In this document: piece after piece, positions 11,801 through 25,343 of the stretch
Layout of the letters: each line of letters begins with the position of its first letter
Position numbering within the stretch: the stretch's first letter is position 1
From: Geosiphon pyriformis uo1
Lineage: Eukaryota; Fungi; Glomeromycota
Length of the DNA stretch: 64,000 nt
Assembly (NCBI GenBank): GCA_016748015.1
Contig: JAAOMT010000727.1
Span: 344,203 to 408,202, forward strand
Direction: 5' to 3'
Program-made: the position numbers and the translations under genes
Notes under the pieces: model-generated
What the model saw: the letters and a program-made list of their open reading frames with translations, nothing else
The model's database searches: none
What the model was told of the DNA's origin: nothing

Positions 11801-14800
11801 AGTTTTGTGTTTGTTAATTTTTATTATTATTACATTTTACAAGTGTAGTTTAACTACTATTTAGAGAAATATAATAATACAAAATTTTAAATTAAGTATA
11901 ATTTATGCTTTTTTTACATGTAACTAATTACTTAAACCAATCAAGACAGCATTATATACTTAAATTATTAAACAAAAAAAATTTTACAAAAAACCAAAAT
12001 GTATTTTAAATAATATATAAATATAATTCAAAGCAAATATACATATTTAATCTAATACTAAAACTATAACCTATTTTAAAAGATCATAAAAATAACAAAT
12101 CAGAAATTGATAAAATTAAAAATATATTTTATACCAAAAAATTATGCTTTTTATAATGTGCTTTTAGCTTAGCAGTCAGTAATTATATAACAAATCTGTA
12201 ACTTTTAACAAATCTATATATTAATTCAACAATTAACATGTTTTTATTAAACTAGTTGTTTAGTGAATACATTATCTTAATTATTTACTTCTTTATTATA
12301 AAACTTTTAACCAATAATATAAACAAATAATCAAAAAACATAGTTATATATAAAAATTAAACTACTTTATAACTAACAACAAAAACATTTAACAACTTAA
12401 TTTAATCTTAAATAATATTTGAAATCAGTTTTTTTTGACATAAATATTATAAATACAAGAAAATATATAATTAAAATTTTCAACTATTTTATATTAAATG
12501 CAAATTACATTGAAATATCTTGAATTATACAGTTTTTTTTCTTAGCCATAAACAAAAAATAATACAAAGTCTTTATAAAATAAGACCAAAATACAGCAAA
12601 TAAAAAACTAATAAAATCAGAGTAAATCTAACTATTAAAATACTATATATTAAAAGTTTTTTACATATTAATAAGATTATAAAAAATTGTATTTACAATA
12701 TTATTAATATATTTAAATCTTCAATTTACAAAGTTAATAATATCAAATAATTATCTAACAAAATAACAAGTATTTTCAAAAATAAGTCTGCTTTTAATAT
12801 TAAAAAAATAGTATAGCATTCGAATAAACAATATAAAATTACATATAATAATAATATTGGCAAAAAAGTTGACATATTTATTACTAATAATACCAAAATA
12901 ACTTTTGATTTTTTTTAAGTAATTAACAAATTTTTTACTGTAATAATACAGTAAATAATTTTTTTTTTAATTCAGCATTTATTGCAAAAATCAAAACTAA
13001 TATTTTTTATACTATAACTATATATATTTAATACAGCTTAATTGTCTGTAAACAATATTACTGAACTAAAACTTAATATATATTTTAAAACAAGAGCAAT
13101 AGTCTGCAATTCTACCAAAATTAAGAAAAGCAAATCAAGTATTTTAACTTTAATACTTATGTTAATATTTGAAAAGTAAACAACAAAACTTTTACAAGTA
13201 TTTATTAATTTTAAACACTTAACAGATTTATTTATATAAACATTTATATTATTCAACTCAAATTTTAACAAACAATTATTAGCAAAACCAAAGTCACAAA
13301 AATAATAAAAAAAAAAAACAAAAGCCAAAAAGCCAAGATGTTAATATTAATTAACTTACTATCTTTAATAAACTAGATTAGTAAAACAAACCAACCAGAA
13401 ATTAGATTTTTAAAATCTAGTCTCTTTTATTTGCAAAATGTGTTTTACATAAAACATATATTATAATAGTTGAGAAGCTAATTTATAAAAATAATTTCAA
13501 ACTTTTTAGAAATCCTATTATATTTATATAGTATTCTAAACCTAAAATATCTGCAATAATAATCTAATTAAAAATTGAAGAAATTATTAAAACATCTAAC
13601 TAATAATCTGCATATTAATAATTTTATGATTAAATAAACTACCAAAAATACCACTTAAATTGAGAAAGATACCAAATTAGCTATCAAATTTTCAGTTTGT
13701 ATCTGGCCAAATGCTTTTAAATTATACAATTCAGAATTAAAAATTGCTTTATTAAAAAAGTTTTTAAGCAAGTTAATTTTATATTTCAGTCTTTTTTTCA
13801 ATATTTTGTTTTATTTTTTACATATACTTATTAAAATATAACTAAACTGTATTTTTTATTCAATTATAAGTTAAAGAATTACAGATATTAAATACAAAAA
13901 TTATTGTTAAAAACAGTTTTTCTTAAGATCATATTTGTAAAAAATCTCATATTTAAATAAGTTTTAATTAAACTTGGCTTAAACAGATTATTTGTAAACA
14001 AAAAAATCCTCAAATATCTATAAAATTAACTTTTTTTAACCACTAAAATACTTAAACTATTTATTAAAAAAATTCTGTTTTCTAATTAATAAGTATAACA
14101 ACTATTTTATCCATATTAATTAAGATGTTATTAATCTAAAAAGATTTATTAGTAATATTCAGAATATATAAAGTTATAGTCATACTATTTTTAATTCAAA
14201 TTGTGTTATTTACAAAAGCACTAGCTGCCAAAAAAAAACATTTTGTTACTTCAAAGATCTTGTTTATTAGTTTTTATAAAAAACTTTGAATTTATTCTAT
14301 AGCTATACAATTTTTTATGCCTTTAAATCTTATAAAACAAAAAATTAAAAAATTCCTTTTTAATTTAAGTTATTATGAATAACATATTTTTTTATAAGTC
14401 CAAAATCTATTATTACTTAATTAATTCTATTGTAAATATTTTCAAATAGTTTAATAAAATGAGAACACATTTTAATTTTAACTAAACTGTTTTACAAATA
14501 ATACTAACTAACAGAGTTATATGTTTTTTATATATTTTGAAAAATTAACCACAATTTTTTGTCTTTTTTTAATATGTTTTTAACCATTAAGTCAATAGCA
14601 AAAATTAGAATTTGCATAAATATGTTCTTTAAAACTGAAAAATTATTATTACAAAAAACATCAAACTTACTGTAAATCACAAAAATTTTATCAAATAAAA
14701 ACTTAAACAGAATCTTTTAAGCTGTTTTAATCAAGATTATTGATTTAATATTAATCAAAAATTTTTTCTAATCATAAAAATTCATACTTTTTTTATTGCA

Positions 14801-15616
14801 TAAAAATTATATTTAACACTAAACACAAATTAAAAATATTCAGCAAATTTTTCTAAATCTGTATATTATTATGCTTTCAAAGCTTATTAAGAATGTCATA
14901 TAAGTTAATAGCTTTTCTATTAAACAGTTTTTTGATTATCTGTAACAGCTTATCTAACTTAATATTAATTATTATATTTAAAAATGTATTATTATTAACA
15001 TAATTTAAAAAAGCATATTAACAGAACTATTAATTAGATAATATATTAAGTATTATTCACTTTTTTGTTTATGCTTTTATAATTACATTAATTATAAACT
15101 TAACTTTGTTGAAATTTAAAACAAAATCTTTATCTACTAACAAGTAGTTAAGTACTACTTTTTAAAACAGTTATTTTAAGATGTTTTTAATTATATTTCT
15201 CTTATTAAAACAAAAATTTTTTATATGTTTATTAATTACATTTTTAATAACAGTGTTTTTAACAGCTTTTAATTTATTATATTTAGATTTACAATAGTTT
15301 TTTTTGATTTTTAACAAATAATTAACAATATTTATTATTTTTTTACTTTTATTGATCATAATATTAACTATAAAAACTTTATTTTTATTAATAATAAATT
15401 AAACTTTAATAAAACAATTAGTTTTAAGTATAATTTAAACTTAAATTTTTTATAATTTTAATTATTAACAGTTTTAATCTAAAAATCTTGATAAATATTT
15501 ATTTTTTGAACAAATAATCTTACTGAACTAATGTTTGAAGAACATTTATCAATAAAACTTATTACTATTTTCTTTAATATTTCTTATATTATATCTAAAT
15601 TATCACAATTTTTTGC

Positions 15617-17300
15617 TGTTATTAGTAGAATTAATTAATAATTAACATAAAATTATTCTTAAATTTTTATTTTTAATTAGCATATATTATTATTAGTTCA
15701 ATTATTACTTATATTTAATCAAATTATTAAATATTACTATCTAATTAATAATCTAATTTATATAAATACAAATATAATAATCAGATTATACAATACTTTA
15801 AACTTTGTAATATTTAAGAATTTACCAAAATTTGTAGAATTTTATAAAATAATTCAATAGTTTATTAAAATAATTTATAGTTTATAAAAACAATTTGTAG
15901 TTTACTAAAATATATTATTAGTTTATTAAAATAATAACAAAAAAAAAGTGCAAATTTAAAAACTAGTATTACAATAAGTTGTATAAAAAAAAAGCTTTTT
16001 TTTTTAAGAAAATATATCTTAAAAAAAATCTTATTTTAGAATTATCTTTTTTAGAACAAATCTTTTAGTACCAATTAATAAAGTATTAAAATATTTTAAA
16101 AAAAAACATAATTTATTTTAATTAGTTACGAATTAAAATTTTTCAAATTCCAACTAATATTTTAAAATTGATTAACTATCAATTTCAATAATCTGTTAGT
16201 AACTTTAAACAAAAAATATTTCTTCTAATAAACTTTTTTTATTTTTATTTTTATTTTTATTATTATATATATTAGGGTAATTTATAAACAAAATTTTAAT
16301 AGAAAAGTTGATTTTTATAGCAAAATAACTACATATTTTTAGAGAACTTTTAGATAAGTATTTTTTAGAAAAAGTTGACTTTTATTATAAAATAACTATA
16401 TAAATAACTAGTACAAATTGGCTATTTTACTCATAAGTCCAGTTATTCAAATTTTAAAAAATAATTTAAAGATAAATTCAGTTATAAGAAATTTAACTGT
16501 TTTTTAATAATTAAAAATTAATAATAAAACAATATTAATAATATTTAAAAAAAAAGACCAAAAATTTTTAGTAATATTATATTATCAAATCTAATTATTA
16601 TTTCTAAAAACATAATCAATAAACACTTTTTAAAATATAATTACTTAATATTATTAGCATCTTTTATTTTAAATTTCTAATAATTTTTGTTTACCTGCTT
16701 ATAAATTAAACTTAAACACTTATTTAAAAGATTACTTAATCTAATAAAAACTGAAACTGTTTTATAATTAATATTAAAAAACATAAAAACTTTAAAAACT
16801 TCTTAACTTATTATTGCTGCCAAAAAGTACTTATTAACAAAAATATAATTAATTGTCCTTTTAAAACTTTTAAAGTTGTTTTATATTAAGAATTTAACAA
16901 CAAAATTTTTAAAAAATAAATTATACAAACTCAAATCAAGACACTTCTTAAAAATAGCACTTTGTTTAAAATTATTCTTATTAAAATTACCTTTTAAAAT
17001 TACATAATATTAATATTTACAGCCTTAATTATAAAATTAATAATATTGTCAGCTTAAAAAAACTTAATACTAATTGAAACACTTATATACAGTTCAATAA
17101 CAAAAATTGAACAAAAATTGAACAAAAATAAATCAACCAAAAATTTTCAAAACTTTAAAAAATATAACAAGCCAAAAAATTATTTATTACCAAAACAATA
17201 CCAAAACTTATAAAACTTTTATTCAATTTTAGCTTAGTTTTTATAACAAATAAAACCAAATTACTACTGTTTTGTGCTATTTTACAACTTTATTTTGCTT
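15617..17300 (+). mobile_element. Decayed family C LTR plus probable 5' internal remnant, inserted in the old LINE
   Basis: tgttattagtagaatt at 15617 and aagtgcaaatttaaaaactagtattacaataagttgtataaaa match the LTR at 52658-53316; right boundary approximate. Confidence 0.7.
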
Positions 17301-17541
17301 AGCTTTATTGTTTTTATTTTTGATATTATAGATAACAAACTTCCAAACAAAATTGTTTATTAAGAAAATCAAAATCACAAATTCAAACCAAGATTATTTA
17401 CTTTAACCAAAAACCCAAAACCATATTTAATAATTTTTTTATATTATCTTCTAGTTTCAAAACATTCAATGAATAAAAAAAATCTATTTTTACTATAATT
17501 TTATCTTTAATAAACACATATAAACTTTTATTTATTGCTAT

Positions 17542-18279
17542 TGTTATGGTTAAAACTTATACTTTTTATTAATTATCACATGTATTAGTTATTGATGTCA
17601 CATAAATTAGCCATTTTATTTTTAGAAAATGATCATTGGCTTGATCAATAACCTGACCATTGACCTGATTATTGACCTAATTAATAACCTAATTATTAAC
17701 TTGATTATTGACCTAATAATTAATCTGATCATTGACCTAATTATTGACCATTTTTAACAGCTATATAAGTAATAAATCTTTTAACTGTAGAAAAATATGT
17801 AGAAATCAAGGAAATCAAATAAATAAAATAACAACTTTCATCTCAATTATTCTCTTATCACTAATTTTCCTTTCCCTATTTTTAAGTATCTGAACATCTT
17901 AGGATAAAAGATTATTTGTTGGTTATTTCTTACCTTTTTCTTGACTTATATAATTGTAACATTTGAAGATTATTGAATAAAGCATGACTTAAAAATACAT
18001 CTAATACCTGATATTAAATTCTAAGAGTGCCAACATAAGACATAAAATTATATTAGGCATGATTATTTGTTAACAGTATAGACTATCTCTCTACTTTCAG
18101 ATTCCTTGGTTATCTTTAAAAAGTATAGTGACTGAGATATTTTATGAGACTGATCTCACACATTGAATTCATACTTATTCAATTTGCTCTTTAAAATTGA
18201 CTTCTTTTTGATTCCTTTCATTACTCTACAATCCTGTTCTCTCTTACTATCCATTAGCTTGTTACTCCAATTTGTAACA
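17542..18279 (+). repeat. 5' LTR, family D
   Basis: Direct repeat of 24594-25343; about 10 copies of 12-bp ATTGACCTGATC before TATATAAG. Confidence 0.95.
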
Positions 18280-18285
18280 TAAAAG

Positions 18286-18302
18286 TGGTGCTCTCTGTAA
18301 GG
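18286..18302 (+). promoter_or_regulatory. PBS TGGTGCTCTCTGTAAGG (decayed version of the family A PBS)
   Basis: 6 nt after the LTR; two transitions away from TGGTGCTCCCTGTGAG. Confidence 0.7.
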
Positions 18303-18329
18303 TTGTCAAATTTCACTTTGTTTTTATTG

Positions 18330-20700
18330 TATGAGTAATTATTTATACCTGCCACAACAATTAGAAGAACACTTTAAGGCACATAACAAAAACAATCTAG
18401 ACTTTATTGAACTTAATTCTTTGCTTTCCTGCTTGATTTGCTTCCCCATTGAAGAACAATCCAGCAGACAATTCCAAGACTTTTAGAACTGGTTCCTGAA
18501 TGAGCATTCAGCTAAAATCTACACAGCCTATACAACTTACTACTTTGACCAAGCTTATCTTAAAGACAACTTTGAAGAAAGAAACAACAGCATTAATCAA
18601 CTTTTATACTTAATAACTTTTGAACAACAGCTCTCTAATTTCGAAGATTTTAATTATCAAATCCACCTCTGGATTACTGCCCATCAATTAGTTGAGACTT
18701 CACTTGAAACAGAAGAAAAAAGCTACCAAACTGCTCCTGTTTTTGATCTCTTCTTAAGTAAATCAGAACATTCAATACAAATAGTTATTCTTGAACCAAT
18801 GGCTAATGACCCCATACAACAAAATATTTTGATCACTCTTCAAGGCATACAAACTGCTTTGAGATGAAGAAACAACACTCCACTACTCTTATTCAGAGGT
18901 GATATACAAGATCCAATTAAATAGTTGGACAATTTTGAAAGAGCAGCTACTACAAACCAATATGATAATGAATAAAAGTTTTAAATTGTTAATGGCTATC
19001 TTCAAGGCTCTCTTGCTACTTGGTTCTTACAAAAAACTGATGCTGGTGCTCACCAAAGAATTATTAGATGGGCACCAACAAATGCTGAAAAAGAAAACAC
19101 TTCTTTCACAATCCAGTTTGAAACTAAATTTAGAACTTCTATCTTAATATCTAAATGGCACATGGAATTAGAGAAAAAAACTCAAGGTCCTGGTGAAGTT
19201 GTAACTGAGTATGCCAAAGCAATCAGAAAATTAATCAAGCAAATAGATTCTGAAAGAAACTAGACAGAAGAGCAAAAGATTCATTTTTTTACAAAAGGAT
19301 TGAGAACTGATTTTTTTTATGCTTTTTGGCCCCTCCTGGCATTAAAAGACAATTCCACAATAGATATGACCATTGAACTTGCTCAGAGAATAAAAGACAA
19401 TTAAAGAATGCATTTAGAATTTACACTTTCAGTTTTTGCTTCTGTTATGACTTCTGCTTCCCAAATGGCTGTTACCTCTTTTGCTGTCCAAACTCAAGAC
19501 CCAACTGAACATTTAATAAATAGACTTACAGCTAATCTTGCCTGGTTATTAAAACCCTTAGCTTAAGAGTCAGAGAAAATTAACAATTCCAAAGACCCAA
19601 ATTTGAACTCTGCTTTAATTAAACCCAACAACCCCCTTATTAAAGACAACAAAATCATGGTCCACCTGTGTGTTATCATTGTGGATTAACTGGACATTTT
19701 TCCAGAGATTGTAACAATTCTCTTTTGCTATCTCTAGCTTCCAAAAACAATAACAATCAAAACAACAGAACCATCAACAACAATGTTTCAATCAAGGACC
19801 CAATTATGTCAACATTAATTTCTTTGGAAAAAATTTCTTAGTTAAAGCCACTGTTTATTAGTCTTTAAATTGTTAAATACACCTCTAAAGGGTAAAAGTG
19901 CAAGCCAATCAGAAAAAAACCCCTTTTATGCTTTTAACTTAATTGATGATGACTATAATATGGATGAACTAACAATCAACACTTCTGAATCAATAAGAAA
20001 GAAGAAGAAAGCCAAGGTTGATTTCGTTATAGATTCAAAGAAAGCCTTCACATTAACTGCTGATAACAATAAACCACTAAAGGCTAAAGTTTTTAAAAAT
20101 CTTTCAAAGTTGGAACCTTCAGAAATTGTACAAAAATTTGAATCTTATTCTGTTGTCAAGAATCTCATGGAAATGCCTGCACACATTACATTTGGCCAAC
20201 TAATGACCCATCCACAGTTCAGAAAAGTTCTTTGCAAATCATTGATACCAAAGAAGAAGACACCAAAGACCAACAAATGTCTTCACCAAGCTGGACTTGC
20301 TAATAACAGCAATGTTATCTCTCTGATTTGTAAAGTCCAAGAGGCTGGTTACTTTATTGATCTGATCTTAGACAGTAGATTATTTATTAGTGTAATTGCA
20401 AAACACTTTTTTGAAACAATTGGCAGAAAAATTGATGAGTCTTTCATAAGACCAATGACCAATATATATGGTAACAAGAAGAAAGATCTGGGCATAGCCA
20501 AAGCTATTTCTGTTCACATCAATGGTATCAGCATTGAAACTGATATGGAAGTATTTGAAGCAAAAGAGTACACCATAATTGTTGGCAATAAGTAGCTTAA
20601 GAAAGCTAAAATGCTACTTAACTATAAGCTTTATGAGCTAACCATCAGATGTAGTGAAAAGCTCATTGTAGTTAAGTGCTATCATTGGACAACTCCTCTA
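18330..20700 (+). pseudogene. gag and aspartic protease of family D
   Basis: CYHCGLTGHFSRDC knuckle at about 19670; LILDSR (decayed DSG) at about 20365; IIVGN. Confidence 0.8.
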
Positions 20701-21239
20701 ATATCCAAGCAAAACCAAGAAGAAAAACAATCAGATAAATCAGATGATAATGAAAGCAATGAAGAAGAAGATCAAGAAAAACAAGAAGAAATGGCTAAAC
20801 TTATTTATATTATTTTTATCAGCAATAGTAAGCCACTGGACAATATTAAAGTTAACAAAAAAAGAATTATGGTAAATGACAAGCTGATTTGCTGGCCCTA
20901 CTATGATATTCTCAGAAGAATCTTTGATAGAAAATCTAGCAAAAAAGCAAAATACAGTTATTGGTGACATGGCCCTTGTGTCAGGTGCTAGTGCAATAAA
21001 CTTTGTATTCTTCTAGTAATAAACACAAGTTCTGCCTAATCTATTACAAAAATTAGGAGCCAATTAGTTTGATATCCAGAAAAAAACTAAAAGAAGTACA
21101 GAAGTTTTTTGAAAGTGAACCATCTGAAATCCAATCACTAGTTGTAGAACAAAGAGAATTTTCCCCTGAAAAAAGAAAAATGAACATTGAAAATCTGTTG
21201 GCTAGGAATAGTCCAGTTATCTCAAAAGAAGATAATACC

Positions 21240-22555
21240 CCTGGACAAACCCATATGATACAACACACTATCATTACAAAAAAAAGTTGTTCCATTTATT
21301 TGAAGCCCTATCAATCTAATTGACACAATAATAAGTTTATTAAAAAAAAATAAACCATATGAAAGATCTTGTGTTTATACAAGAAACCAAGAGTAAATGG
21401 GCTTTTCCAATTGTAATGGTATTCAAGAAAGGTGGAACCTTATGTTTCTGTGTTGACTATTGCCAACTAAATGCCATTACTATAAGAAACATATATCTAC
21501 TCTCCAAAATTAATGCAATGCTAGATAAATTCAATGGTGCTGCTTTCTTCTCAACCATTGACTTAACTGCTGAATTCTGGCAAGTAGAGATGGATCCAGA
21601 AAGCAGAAAGAAAACTGCTTTTATTACCAAGTATGGCACTTATGAATTTATAGTCATGCCTTTTGGTCTCACCAATGCCCTTCCCACCTTCCAATGTCTA
21701 ATGGACAAAGTATTTGAATCAGTAAAAAAAAACTTTGTTCTAGTTTACTTAGACAACATAATGGTCTACTCAAAAACCTGGGATAAACACCTTAAACATT
21801 TGCAGAAGGTTTTTGATCTGCTCAGAAATATTGGTTTCAAGATCAACTCAATCAAATCTTTTTTTGAATGCCAATCCACCCAGTTTCTTGGTTATCTTAT
21901 TACAAAAGATGAAATCTTCTCTGACTTAGCTAAAGTTAAAAAAGTCCAGAACATTAGACAACCAATGAATGTTTTTAAACTATGCTCTTTCTTTGGTTTG
22001 GCCTTTTACTATCACAAATTTATCAAAGATTTTTCCAAAATTGCTTTTCCTCTTAATTAGCTACTCAGAAAAAATGTCAATTATCACTGGGGCACTCATC
22101 AACAAAAAGCTTTTGAAATTTTGAAGGAAAAACTTGTTACTGAACCAATTCTCAAGCAACTTGATCTGAACCAACTTTTTATCCTCCATATTGATGCATC
22201 TGGCTATAAACTTGGTGCTGTTCTTTCACAGAAAGATGAAAATAGCAGAGAACATGCCATAACATATGTTAATAGATCCCTTACACCAGCAGAAAAAAAC
22301 TATTCAGTTACTGAACAGGAATGCTTAGCAGTAGTTTGGACTTTTAGTTACTGAGAACAATATCTTCTTGGTGCAAAATTCTTAATGATAACAAATTATC
22401 AAGTTTTGGTTTGGCTGTGCAATAAAAAGAAGCTGGAACACAAATGAATAACTTGTTAGATATTTCACTTGGATGAATTTGACTATGATATTCAATACCA
22501 CAAAGGAGCAAATCATTAAAACACAGACACTCTCTTTAGACTTACTATTCAGTAA
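21240..22555 (+). pseudogene. RT + RNase H of family D
   Basis: FCVDYCQLN, MPFGLTNALPTFQ, YLDN, IDASG..LGAVL, EQECLAVVW, NTDTLFRLTIQ-stop. Confidence 0.92.
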
Positions 22556-22619
22556 CAGTACAATCTTTCAAACCAAACCAACTTAATTATTAGTAATTCC
22601 TTCATAAACAAACACGATA

Positions 22620-23902
22620 ATGGACTTGGACAACTACTTTGCCTTAATAGAATTTTTGGGTAAAAGACAATACCCATCAGAATACACTCAACAGCAAAGA
22701 AAACATTTGTGCAAACAATCAAATTTTTATTTGATTCATCAGAACCAATTATACAAAAAAAACAGAAAAGATTCTAACCACTTTCAAAGAGTTATTAGAT
22801 TTGAAAAAAAAGAAATTGTAATATACAATATACACATTGACCCATTAGCTAGACACTTTAGAAAAACAAAAACAATTCAGAAAACTTTAGCTTGCTATTA
22901 TTAACCTACTTTGGGAAAAGACATTGCTAAATACATCAAAACCTGTAACATCTGCCAAAGAAGAGGCAAACCCAATTGCAAAGAAGATATCTATCCAATC
23001 TCTGTTGGTCAACTATTTGACAAAATTGGTATGTTAGACCTTTAACAATAACTCTTGATGGCAACAGATATATTATTACAGCTACTGACTATCTTATAAA
23101 GTGGGTAGAAGCAAGAACCACTCCTGACCAAACAACAGTCTCAATAGCCAATTTCATTTATGAAGATATCATTTGCTGTCATGACTGTTCCAAAGAACTT
23201 TTATCTGATAAAGGAAAAGCTTTTCTTAGTACACTAGATAAAGAACTTTGTAAAAAAATGGAAATATGTTATAAATTTTCTTTTTCTTATCACTCTCAAA
23301 CAAATGGCTTAGTAAAACATTTCAATAGAACACTATATGAAACCCTAGCCAAAACCAGTAAAGAAACAAACTTATGAGACAAAGTATTGCTTTTAACTTT
23401 GTTTGCTTATAGAACTGTAAATCATGACATAACAAGTTATAAATCTTTTTATTTGCTCTATGGATGTATGGCAACATTACTAATAGAAACTGACATTAAA
23501 ACAATACACTTTGAAGAAATCACAATAGGAAATTACAAAGACATTTTGTAAAGAAAGCTTGGTACTATTCTTGACTCCTTGATAGAAGCACAAATAATTA
23601 CTTTTAAAAAGATAAAACAGTTTCAAAAAAAGCTTAAGAAAAAGAAAACTTATAAAACACTTTCTTTAAGTGTTGGTAACTTGGTACTAAAATACCATTC
23701 AAACAGAAACATTGTCTATGGTGATAAATTTTCTAGCCGATGGAAAGGACCTTTTATAGTTAACAAAGTTTTGAACAATAGTTCTTATATTCTTTAAGAT
23801 CAATCTGGAACAATCTTTAATAATTGTTCTGTTCATAATATATGACTCAAGAAATATTATAAACAACCTGATTGATTGCCTGTTGTGATAATACTGACTT
23901 AA
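22620..23902 (+). pseudogene. Separate integrase ORF of family D
   Basis: ATG at 22620 (MDLDNY); HF..CNIC; SDKG; QTNGLVKHFNRTL; RWKGPF. Confidence 0.88.
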
Positions 23903-23964
23903 TTAATCAGCAAAAATCAAGTATAAATAAATGCACCATTCCCAAAACAGAGGTATTTTCAATT

Positions 23965-24624
23965 AACATAAATAATTATTTTTTGGATCAAAACATTCAA
24001 AATGCTTTCTATACTTTCCATAAGTATTAGATTAAAAACTATCCAAATGCTACCCTAACCATTAGAAAACAAACCACTATAACTGATAACAGTAGAACAC
24101 ATACTGTTATTAGACCAAAAAAAACCACTATCAGAAGAGAAAGAATTGGTAACAAAATAGATAAATACCTGTTAGAAAGTATAACAGCAACTATACTTCT
24201 ATCTTCCAGCACAATTGGAAAAACACTTCAAGAAATCTTATCCATAGACAAAAACTTGTCATATAGAAAGCAATTAGAACTCTATAGTTACCTTAAAAAA
24301 ATTATAAAAAATATAAAACTCATAAAGAAAACAACTTCAGAGATACAGACAGAAATTTTGGACATTATACAGTTAGATGTCCTAAGAGTTTTAATTATTG
24401 CTAAAAGAGCCAAAACTCTAATACAAAGATTTGGCCTCTTGAATACAAAACTCATTTTATCTCAAGTATCATATACCCTATCTACAAAAGACTTCAACAA
24501 ACTAGTTAGCTTTGAGTTAGATAAAACTTTTCAAATAGATTATATTATAAATAGCTTAATTTCACCAAAGCTCAATCTCTTTGAAGAGGATAATGTTACA
24601 GTTGAAACTTATACTTCTTATTAA
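23965..24624 (+). pseudogene. ORF3 of family D
   Basis: DQNIQNAF..YPNATLTIRKQT..IAKRAKTLIQRFG..LSTKDFNKL; reads through the PPT into the LTR; start approximate. Confidence 0.6.
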
Positions 24625-25343
24625 TTATTACATGTATTAACCACTAATGTCACATAAATTAGCCACTCTATTTTTAGAAAGTAATTATTGACCTAATCAA
24701 TGACTTAACCATTGACCTGATCATTGACCTGATCATTAACCTGATCAATAACTTGATCATTGACCTAATTAATGACCTGATTATTGACCTGATCATTGAC
24801 CTGATCATTAACTATTTTTGACAGCTATATAAGTGATGAATCTCTTAACTGTAGAAAAGTATGTAGAAATCAAGGAAATCAAATAAATAAAATAACAACT
24901 TTCATCTTAATTATTTTTTTATCACTAATTTCCCTTTCCCTACCTTCAAGTATCTGAACATTTTGGGATAAAAGATTACTTTTTGGTTATTTTTTACCCT
25001 TTTCCTGACTTGTATAATTGTAACATTTGAAGATTATTGAATAAAGCATGACTGAAAAATACATCTAATACCTGATATTGAATTCTAAGAGTGTCAACAT
25101 GAGACATAGAATTATATTAGGCATGATCATTTGTTAACAGTATGAACTATTCCTCTACCTTCAGATTTCTTGGTTATCTTTGAAAAGTATAGTGACTAAA
25201 ATATTTTATGAGACTAATCTCGTACATTAAATCCATACTTATTCAATTCGCTCTTTGAAGTTAAATTTTCTTTGATTTCTTTTATCACTCTATAATTCTG
25301 TTCTCCCTTGCTATCCGTTAGCTTGTTATTCCAACCCATAACA
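24594..25343 (+). repeat. 3' LTR, family D
   Basis: TGTTACAG...CATAACA followed by TSD CTAT. Confidence 0.95.

Larger units (their letters stand above)
17542..25343 (+). mobile_element. Full-length Ty3/Gypsy element, family D (7.8 kb), degenerate
   Basis: Paired TG...CA LTRs, TSD CTAT (17538-17541 and 25344-25347), PBS, gag, protease, RT, RNase H, integrase, ORF3, PPT gaagaggataa. Confidence 0.95.

Noticed and set aside
9206-15359. Short F/L/I/K/N-rich ORFs (also 26358, 33135, 37018)
   Set aside because: Chance ORFs in AT-rich sequence; 13038, 15171 and 26358 are remnants of the old LINE
17630-17750. Short tandem arrays as CRISPR-like repeats
   Set aside because: No unique spacers, no cas genes, and they lie inside LTRs of a eukaryotic locus
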